64,000 bases of DNA from Nemertoderma westbladi (lineage: Eukaryota > Animalia > Xenacoelomorpha), in assembly GCA_032718475.1 (NCBI GenBank), contig JAUCBJ010008182.1, positions 1 to 64,000 of the forward strand, written 5' to 3'. The notes under the pieces were generated by a model. That model was not told where the DNA came from, did not search any database, and saw only the letters and a program-made list of their open reading frames with translations. Made by a program: the position numbers and the translations under genes. Shown here piece after piece: positions 46,396 to 56,203 of the stretch; the first letter of the stretch is position 1; the number at the start of each line of letters is the position of its first letter.

Positions 46396-49213
46396 GGCTA
46401 AGACCATGCCTACTAAGTATATGACGACACCACGAGCTGAGCTACAAGCCGCAACCCTGTCAACCACCATCGTGAACCTTATACAGACAGAACTACAGTC
46501 GAGTTTACAGATATTTTATTGGACTGACGCGACGTTGGTTTTATTTTACATAAACAACGACATGCTTGAATTCAAGACATTCGTAGCTAACCGTCGCGCA
46601 GAAATTCTAGATCGTTCAATAAAAGAGGATTGGCGACATTGTCCCGGACCACAAAACCCAGCTGATATTGCGTCGCGAGGAATGATGCCTGAGGAATTCT
46701 GTAAACCGGAGAACAAAGAATTTTGGCAACACGGACCCCAATTCTTGCAGAAATCGACACAAGATTGGCCTCCGTTATACGACAACAAATCTAACACTAT
46801 CCCTAAGGACGCCGAAATCAAGAAACCAAAAAAGGGGAAGACAAAGAAAAGGACGACGGCGGCAAAACTCAAGAAAAAACCGAAGGCGAAATGGAAGGAT
46901 ATAACTTCAAAGGTCAAGAGAGGAAGACTTGCGAGCCTTTCTACACCAGGCATATCGCCAGACGGTCAACCAGACATATCGCCAGACGGTCAACCAGACA
47001 TATCGCCAGACGGTCAACCAGACACGTTACTAGACAGCCAACCAGACATTTTACCAGACATATCACAAAATGTTCTACCAGACGCTAGTAACACACTGAC
47101 AAACAGTAAAGCCGCAGTTTCTCTATTGGAGCGGCCTTCTATTGACAAACAACCAGATACGTTACTAGACGTATCGCCAGACACATTACTAGACAGTCGA
47201 CTAGACATTTTGTCAGAAACATCACAAAATGTTCTACCGGACATTAGTAATGTATCGACTAACAATAAAGCCGCAGTTTCCCTATTGGAGCGGCCTTGTA
47301 TTGACAAACTACCAATTTTGACACACTTGAGCAACCATAAGCACGGTGAAACTTCATGTATTACAGATGTGGGTAGTACCTACGCTAATGTAAATACAGG
47401 TGTTACTTTGCGCTCAAGAGACATACCGAACTTGCAACCTATGGTGAAACCTGGGATTAATATCGGCAGAAAAATAAGTTTACCGAAACCCACTGATCCC
47501 ATAGAGTTCAAACCACCATTAACGATCGACTTACAAAGTACTGACAATCAAGGTAAGAAGACGAAGAAGGACAAATTACTTGTAGACCCGGACGGATCAA
47601 CAGTCAACAAGGGAATACCTACCGGCGGACCCGTGGGCCCTTCTAGTAAATCAAAACCTTCCAAGTTCTCCATTGACTTACCTGATGACGTCACAAATAC
47701 TTACGTCGACCGTATTGTAAACCTAACAGATTCTTGGTCAAGCGCTTGCCGAAAATTAGCGTGGATTGTACGTTTTGTACAATACGTTAAAGGCAAACGC
47801 GACTTTACACGTCGACTTACATTGGCTGAGATTGACAGGTGTGAGATTAAATTAATTCACCATTACCAACTGCGATATTTCGCGCGCGAATTCACATCCA
47901 TAAATCAAGGTCAACCAATCAAGTCGTCACCAATACTGAGTTGGAGTCCGATTATTTATAATGGCTTAATTTGTCATAAATCTCGGCTTCAAAACATTGA
48001 CTTTAACACAAACTTTAGGTACCCAATAATAATACCGCAACATCACGAACTACAACGTGCAATGATACTGGACGCACATTTACATCTGAAACACGCTGGA
48101 AGACACCACTGTCTTTCCTACTTACGTACAAGATTTGTATTAATTAGACCCAGTAAAGCGTTAAGTTCAGTGACGCGTACGTGTATTATTTGTAAAAAGG
48201 TACATTCTAGAATAGGTACCCAAGAAATGAGTGAACTACCACAAGCACGACTTCAAGCATTCAGACCACCTTTTACAGAGACTGGAATTGATTGCTTTGG
48301 TCCCATGCATACGAAACGTGGACGTATACTAGTAAAACGCTGGGGACTGATTTTCACATGTATGTCCAGTAGGGCAGTTCACATTGAACGTGTGATGGAT
48401 CTTTCCACCAACGCGTTTATACTAGCACTGCGGCGATTTATCGCTAGACGCGGACTAGTAAAATGCTTGTACTCAGACCAAGGGACAAACTTTGTTGGTG
48501 CTCGGAATGAGATTGCTAGAGCCTTTAAGAAATTAGATCATGATCAAATCTCGAACGAACTGCAACCTCACAAGATTGTTTGGAAGTTTAATCCTCCAGA
48601 TAGTCCTTGGAGAGGCGGAGTCTGGGAGAGATTGATTAGATCTATCAAGACAGCCATGGCAAAGGTCATTCCAGTAAACCACATACTGACAGACGACCAA
48701 CTGACAACATTGTTTGTTGAAATCGAGGCAATACTAAATACTAGACCAATAGTATTAGTACCCGATGACAAACAATCTCAGTTCGCTTTGACACCGGCAC
48801 ACCTGCTTATGCAGGCACCGACCACATTGACGCCGATTTCTATTCCAATAGAAAGCGATAGCTACGGTAGAAAAGCGTGGAAAATCACGCAACTACTGGC
48901 TAACAAATTCTGGGAAATATGGCAAAACCATTATTTGCCCTCTATTTCTGCCAGAACAACTTGGTACAATAACACCCGCGCATTAAAGCCGGGAGATCAC
49001 GTGCTGTTAGCAGAAGTGAATCTAAAAAGACGCTTCTGGATAACAGGTGTAATTTTAGCCACACATCCATCTATGGATGGAGTGACAAGGACTGTGACGG
49101 TACGGACAATTGACGGTCGTACAGTAGACAGACCGACTCAACGTCTCGTACTTCTTGAAGAGACTCGTAACGAGTCTGGAGACTACAAATCTCCACCTAA
49201 TACTAGTAAATAA
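46313..49213 (+). CDS. BEL/Pao RNase H, long linker and integrase, copy 2
   Basis: PRAEL, YWTD, FVANR, WRHCPGPQNPADIASRG, then a ~300-aa repetitive insert, HHCC and DDE. Repaired Gag-Pol is about 2890 aa. Confidence 0.93.
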   Translation: MTTVFVVAAYLRRQVDTDEFDVSLITSKAKTMPTKYMTTPRAELQAATLSTTIVNLIQTELQSSLQIFYWTDATLVLFYINNDMLEFKTFVANRRAEILDRSIKEDWRHCPGPQNPADIASRGMMPEEFCKPENKEFWQHGPQFLQKSTQDWPPLYDNKSNTIPKDAEIKKPKKGKTKKRTTAAKLKKKPKAKWKDITSKVKRGRLASLSTPGISPDGQPDISPDGQPDISPDGQPDTLLDSQPDILPDISQNVLPDASNTLTNSKAAVSLLERPSIDKQPDTLLDVSPDTLLDSRLDILSETSQNVLPDISNVSTNNKAAVSLLERPCIDKLPILTHLSNHKHGETSCITDVGSTYANVNTGVTLRSRDIPNLQPMVKPGINIGRKISLPKPTDPIEFKPPLTIDLQSTDNQGKKTKKDKLLVDPDGSTVNKGIPTGGPVGPSSKSKPSKFSIDLPDDVTNTYVDRIVNLTDSWSSACRKLAWIVRFVQYVKGKRDFTRRLTLAEIDRCEIKLIHHYQLRYFAREFTSINQGQPIKSSPILSWSPIIYNGLICHKSRLQNIDFNTNFRYPIIIPQHHELQRAMILDAHLHLKHAGRHHCLSYLRTRFVLIRPSKALSSVTRTCIICKKVHSRIGTQEMSELPQARLQAFRPPFTETGIDCFGPMHTKRGRILVKRWGLIFTCMSSRAVHIERVMDLSTNAFILALRRFIARRGLVKCLYSDQGTNFVGARNEIARAFKKLDHDQISNELQPHKIVWKFNPPDSPWRGGVWERLIRSIKTAMAKVIPVNHILTDDQLTTLFVEIEAILNTRPIVLVPDDKQSQFALTPAHLLMQAPTTLTPISIPIESDSYGRKAWKITQLLANKFWEIWQNHYLPSISARTTWYNNTRALKPGDHVLLAEVNLKRRFWITGVILATHPSMDGVTRTVTVRTIDGRTVDRPTQRLVLLEETRNESGDYKSPPNTSK

Positions 49214-49875
49214 TTAGGAGTTTACAAATAAATTTCCACTTACCTGTACACCGTAGTAAGGACAGCGGTAGAATTCCATTGTCTTTATATGTGAACATTG
49301 AGGGTAGTACCCTTATGTGTCACATAGGATCGGGATTTGTAGGTATAAGAAATGGAATTCTACTTGGAACTCACAATATTGAGACATTTTCGAAAATTTT
49401 AGACAATCCATTTGGATTTGAAAAATTTTTAAAATTTTCTCCAGTGAATAGATTTCAGGGTACAGTCGGGTGGAACTTAAAATTAGAGAAACAAGAGAGG
49501 AAGACTTGCGAGCCTTTCTTAAAATTTTAATTAAATTTTACACGGTCTTGTTTCAATAAGTTATGTCAAAATAGACTCCCCTATATATTTATTACTAATT
49601 CTTGACTGCTTATTTTCTGATAATAGTTTGGGATCAAAAAGTGAGTATTTTAGACTCACGGCCAGTTTAGCCCAAATTCGTTTTTACTTCGGCAAAAAAT
49701 TTTAGATAAGAAGCAGCGTGTCATTAAAGAAACCTTAGATCTTAGGCTATGGGTAGGAGGTTAGAGCGTTGTCGAGCCCAAAGGGCAGACGAAACTCTCA
49801 CGTCTCCTCACAACTAACTACAAACTCTGTTGTATTCCCTCTAGTAGTAATGATTATGTAACTACACCCCTAATT

Positions 49876-52800
49876 ATGGAGAAAGGGATACAAGGAGAGC
49901 CGAGATGGGGATATGATATCCAAGAGGAGGCAGCAGCGCCATTCGAAAGATTTGGAGCCAAGGACTACACTATATTTGGTATAAAAGAATTATCGGAAAG
50001 TACAGCGAAACTCGCGAGAACTAAATATGACTCGAACGTATTAAAGAGAAGGCAAAACGCATTAAACGAAAGAATCGAAAGTTTGCGCCAAACCTTCAAC
50101 GAACTTTACCCGTACGACGCTTTGTGTGATACGGGAGACATTAGCGAAGACCCCGATACTGAAATTAGTCGTTTGTATCATACCATGCAATACCTAAAGG
50201 CGCACGAACCTATGCCCACGGTAAGAGATGAATTCGATGGAATGCATCTTTACAGACGAACTCGAGGGGACGATAGAGAAACCAAGGAAGCATTTTCAGT
50301 TTATAAACTTTATTATCAATGCGGTTCTTGTATGCGCGAACAACGAAATGCGATTCCGATGCGTTTGAATAAGGAAAATCCCGAACCGATATTGGCGAGG
50401 TGTTCGAATCATCAACAACTACGCTACCAGGAAGGAGGGTATCCTTTATCGAATCCATATCATTCATTTGCTATGACCGGACCAAAGGCGGGAGAAACTG
50501 TCATTTACCCACCTAAGGTTGTTGAACCCGATGTATTTGAACTTACGCTGGACGAGGCGAATCAGTCAACCCGCGAAAAGAAAGAAGCTCTTAGCCTATA
50601 CAGAGCCTACAAGGCTTTCGAGAAAGGTGAGATGGAAGAATGGGGTGGAAGACTCGCGAGCCTACCTTGCCATTGGACGTCACACGATCAAACTTCAGCT
50701 AAGGAGATGACACCGGAAGTTTTCGAGAGCATAAACTTTGCTCAAAACGTTATTCAGAGACTACAGATTGCATCCCCGGAGAGGCCAAGAGAAATGCAAC
50801 CGTATAGTACTTCAACTACGAAACCATTGAGTACGACACTCAATTTCCCTATTAGTATACCAGTCCGACAGGATACGACGTACGAAATACCCATCGTGGA
50901 TCATCCAGAAATCATTTCAAACTTGGAGTTTCTTCCTGCAGTTGTTTTCAGCGATATGAGCAAGATATATGATTTACGTAGACATATTACTCAAAAGGTC
51001 GTGTACAACGTTCCACCTCATATTCAAGATTTCAAGGAACTGGAAAGAGCTGGTGCCGATATAGCTCCGAGTAATCTGAAAGGATATCTAACCAAGACGA
51101 TTCGTTTATGGATTGGAACCGGAACCTTCGAGTCGGATACAGATATTGCCGCAGATTGGCGAGGTAAGGTTATTCGTTTCGAAGATGATAAGGACATAGA
51201 GAAGATTTGGCAACCTTCGGAAGAATTGTTGGATGAATGGACTAGGACGTTTAGATCGTTTCAGGAAAACGGTTATATGTTTTACGATAACGAGGGCGGC
51301 AGTCATCAGCAGAGTTTGACTTCTAAGACTATACAGATTAGAGCGGCGGACGGAGTCCTGCACGTTTTTAGTAGACAGAGGAGCGACAAACGAATGCCGA
51401 TACCTCCAGCGAATACAAAGCGACACCATCTTATCACCGATATAGTAAAGAAGATGGACCAAGCTTGTAATATTGACGCTAGAATGCTACCGAAGATGGT
51501 AAGAAACATGATTTTAGATAAAACTGTTGTAAAGGTTGGATCAGGAGTAAGGGAGGATTTAATTAGCGACTTCGCCGGCATGACGGACAGCGATGACCGA
51601 CTACCGACACCATACGTCGACACTCGACCTCTTATTCTGTGGTCTATAGAACAGGGATATTTTCGTGAGTATAATACTCAGAAGACTGGAACTGGATACA
51701 TTTCCTACCTGTTATTCAATTGGGATTATAAGGAAGGTAAGAGAAACAAGTATATTGAAACTTATGGAGAAGGTGATACTCCAGATATGAGTGAGTTTGA
51801 ATCACAGCTTAAATGGAGAGGATGCGTGTATTGGGCTATTACGTCACCTCCAAGAGCGGTCTTACAATATTATTTAGCAATAGAGTCGTCAGTGAATGTT
51901 TGCCTAATCGCCGACATTGTGTCTCGGACTCTCAAAAGACATCCACTTTGTCTCGGAGAAGATCATACGTTCTACATGGAAGGGAGAATTCGTACCGACG
52001 TGTTTAGATGATTCCTTGAACCCTTCTACAACTCCGACGCTCAGTGTAATGCCTTTACTCGAGCAGGATTTAGTATATTTCGAGACGTGTATCTTCGCTG
52101 TGCGGGATCTCTTATCGAAAGACCATCTATGTTTACATTGTTACCCTATGAAGGAGAACGTATCGTGGAAATTACGGATGAATCACGGCAGACGCGCGCG
52201 CCTATCGGTCACCTTGGTGATGAATTCGAAGTAACTACTACGATCGCCGACGATCCTTTAGAGGAACTTCTTGAGATAGAAAGGAACCTCCCGAAGAAAT
52301 CTCAGACGGAGATTCGACAACTTGAAGCAACAGATGCTATAGTTTGTATACAACCTTCAGAAACCTACCAACCCATAGACCCAGATGATTACGATTATAG
52401 TATGGGAGGAAGCGCTCGACCGATTGGAGATCTTATATACGAACGAGTGTGGTACCCTGCCAATACGATGTGTAGTAAATGTGGCGTCGCTGGACATCAT
52501 ATGGCAAAGTGCAGTGGAAAGCACATTACTACGACTCAACTAATCTGTGGATGGTGTGGGGATCAAGGGTCTCATACCTTTTATACTTGCTGGAGATTTA
52601 TGGCTCAATGTACTTACTGCAATATAAAGGGACATCGAGCATCTGAATGCCAACTAAGAGACATACCTTATGAACACGAATCTGTAAAACTCGTGAGGAA
52701 ATTATTTGATGAGTGGGAAGATTTAGCCGACGAACATGTATCGGCACAAAGAAGACGGTTTCCGATGAGAGCGCATCTCGGATTTTGGGCGGTAAATCCT

Positions 52801-53601
52801 CAAACGATGATGTCGGAAGGATATATCTCCGCTATGCCCCAATATGACGAACTTATCGAGGTTGTCGATATTTTGCCCCACGACAGCGGATTCCGAGTGG
52901 TGCGCGAGTATCTACTACAGATTCACCCGGATAACAAAAACACGTGGAATTTTCAGAAAGTCGTTAATCGGATTACGTATGGTGAATTTGATCGTTTCCG
53001 AACTGAAAAGCGGAACAAGGGAGCTTGGTTAACCGTCGCATGGGCGTACCGAGCCGCGTTTTACCATAAACGTATACGAGCGAGCGTATTCGAGGAAGAG
53101 GAGGTCCTAGAGGCGACAAATATACCAGCCACTCCGGTTGCGCCGTCTGCACGTCACCCTCGGGAGGACGGGCAGGGTAGGATCATACGGGTCCAGAAAG
53201 TGGGCCAACAATTAAAGAAAATTATTAATGTAGAAGAACGCAAGGGAGTTGAGCCGACTATTCGAGTTACTCGGGATACGGTATCGCTTCCAAGAGAACC
53301 AGTAGGAGGATCGGGACATACACCAGCTGATCAACAGGGGGCGCAAGCTACTCTTGGGTCTGCGTCGTCCGCCTTTCGCGCGTTCCCAGACGTTCTACCA
53401 ACTGTAGTGACGACTGATCGGTCACGAGGAATCGGTCGAGGTTTTGGGATGCCAAATAGACGAATTTGCGAGGAAATAGTCGCACCGTCTCTCAACGTCC
53501 CAGGTAAACCAGTGACTCGCCCCACGAGTCCCATATCGCGAGCAAAGTCACCTGTGCGCAGTTTTCGAGGACGCGGCAGGGCTCGATCCACTAAGCGATA
53601 A
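49876..53601 (+). CDS. ORF3 (~1241 codons, one in-frame TGA at 52009-52011): unknown N-domain, DEDDy-like 3'-5' exonuclease, three zinc knuckles, RG/RS tail
   Basis: The 711-aa and 504-aa ORFs share a frame with a single stop between them. Motifs FYDNEG, TIQIRA, LPKMVRNMILDKTVVKVGSGVREDL, YVDT, YYLAIES; CSKCGVAGHHMAKC, CGWCGDQGSHTFYTC, CTYCNIKGHRASEC. Confidence 0.8.
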
Positions 53602-54270
53602 AAGGGAGGGCAAGGGTGGACGGAGGACTCGTGAGCCTTTCTTGTGAATTTGTGATTTATTTGAATTATATATTTTATATTTAATTAGTAAGTCTTGTAT
53701 TCTGGAAAAAACTCATATTTAGTAAGATTTATATTTAGTAAGATTTATATTTAGTAAGAATTTATATTTAGTAAAGATTTATATTTTGTAAGAATTTATA
53801 TTTTATATTTGTGATTATTCCGAACTTATGCAATTTATATTGTTCCGAATACTATGCAATTTATATCTTGTAAGCAGTATTTGTATTTACAGTGAAACAG
53901 AAAGTAAGAGTAGATGGAAGACTCGTGGGCCTTTCTTATAGTTTTATTTTAGATGGAAGACTCGCGAGCCTTTCTTATTGTTTTCATTTATTTGTATTTG
54001 TAATTGTTTGAATTTATGCAATATTGAGATGCAATAGATTTATATTGGTGAATTTAATTTAGATTTATATTGTACTTACTTAGTAAAGCCTTAAATACGT
54101 AAAGTTTGAATTTGTAATTATTTTTGTATCGAATCATTACGTAAAAAGGAAGTATTGTTTGAAATTTAATTGTAAATATGTAAGTACGCCCTAAGTATTC
54201 TATAGTTTGATTGATTATTGGTGAAAACCGTATATTTTATGCACGATAATATCCTGTTTTCATGGAGCGG

Positions 54271-56203
54271 TATAGAATTATATTCCCTAAATGCCGTGGA
54301 TTTTCAAAATTTTATTTTATTCGGATTAACTTTGTAAAGATTGCTTTGAGTTCTCATTCGTATTGGTTCTATCATTTGTGCATCTATCGGTCAAGTGGTT
54401 CAGTAGCTCAGTCGGTAGAGCGTTGGAAATTATATGTGTAGTAGGTATTGAGTTCGAATCCTAGTAAGTGCGAATTATTTTTTGTACAGAATTTCAACTC
54501 ATTTAAATTAACCGCTACAAATTAATTGCATTTGTCTGTACCAATGAGACTGTAGTTATTTGATTGTAACCAATGTCGTGCAAGTTATATATTAGCTGGA
54601 CCAATAGCTATCTTTAAAACCCCGTTAGAACCCATAGAACAATCGAGAATTTTCTCGATTGATTGCGGCACAAATTTAGTATATAAAGGTGCGATTTGTT
54701 CATTAGTTATCAATCTCTATCTCAATCTTATACATTCATTATCTCAGTGCATTCTATCTATATCTTTCTGATTTCATTAGTTATTATCTTATCTGTTTGA
54801 TTTTGTAATAAAAGTTAGAAATACTTGTCAAACTCAGCCCTTTTCTATCTGTTTTATCATGGATTCACTACGGTGAACAAACTTAAGGGACAGGATGGCC
54901 AGCTAGAGATCGGGCCGCAGCAATGAACGGGAACATCGGGGGAATGTAGACGAGAGACAACCCGCAATACCATCTAGAGTTATTCGCCCATCGCCTGAAA
55001 GGTTAGACAGCGTTCGATCCTTGCTACCTAAGTGTAAGACCAAAAGATCAAAAGGTAGACGTAGTGACACGCTGTAAGCCTAAAATTACATCATAGGGAC
55101 TGTACTGTCTTGATTCAGGAAAAACCGCAGTAGACCTTCATATTCCTACGGGGGGAGGGAGAGAGAGCAGAGATACTAGTACGCAGATAGGACATAGGCA
55201 CACCAGTACAAAGCATACAAATTGGTTAGGGTGCAGCAAACTGTACGCTTAACTCTTGCTAAGTACAGGTGCGTCTGTGACTATTTGCCGTACAACGGTG
55301 TCCATTACATCAGAACTTGTAGGCTAGGGGGGTTGCTGTGTTTTCACCTGAATTGAGATTGTACCGTTCAGGCGGTAGGGCAGTTTACAGCTAGGCGCAA
55401 ATAAATTGAGGCTATCAGGGATATACTAACATCTACCGTGTCCCCGCCAACGCCCTAATAGGAAGTTACCCGGACTACCTGGGTGACTAAAATTCTAGAT
55501 AGGAGCCAGGATAGCTATTAGTAACTGTACGCCTACAGTAGTAAACTAACACATCTCTTCTTAGTATCAGGGACCTGGTACCTAAAATTGCCGAATTCTG
55601 GGCGTAGTATTAACCTTATGCCTGAATTTGAGTCCTGGAAATATGCAAGAGGGGAAGGAACCTTATCATTCGTGAGTATTGGACCTACAAGTTATAAAAT
55701 TAGAATATTCGTAAAATGCACACCATACCCAGTAATTATATATGTGAAGGAGCAAAACTGCCTTTGACCATTCAGAATTAACACACGCGCATTAGAAATT
55801 ATTTACACCTCAAAATATATAAAATTAACTTTTGTCCTTACTGCACTTTGCTCGCTAGTTAGACATCTCCAAATCTCTGCCTGTACCTAGCTAGCGTCCC
55901 TTTGCCCAACCATATAAATCACACCGCGGCAAAGTATACGAGCCCCTTAGTCCGTCAGTGAGTCAGCCTGATTTTAGGATTCGCTGCGCGGGATTTTGTT
56001 TTATCGAAGTTTGTCTGCTCGTAGACTGTTTTCTGCCTCACCGGTTATAAGAGATCGATACTGCAATATATTCGCTTACTTAGAGTTTACTGTTTTGGTG
56101 AGAAGGTCGGATTTATGATTTGATTTACAAACTTTACAGTAAGATATTGCAGGTATTGTTACCGTCTCTTCCAATAGTAGGAATAGGCGTATCTCTTCAA
56201 TTA
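54271..56203 (+). repeat. LTR3 (1933 bp)
   Basis: Near-identical to LTR1, followed by TSD CTCGA. Pol III cassette at 54397-54483. Confidence 0.95.

Larger units (their letters stand above)
24990..56203 (+). mobile_element. BEL/Pao LTR retrotransposon composite: LTR-body-LTR-body-LTR
   Basis: TSD CTCGA at 24985-24989 and 56204-56208 interrupting host integrase. Three ~1.93-kb LTRs and two gag-pol + ORF3 bodies. Confidence 0.96.
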
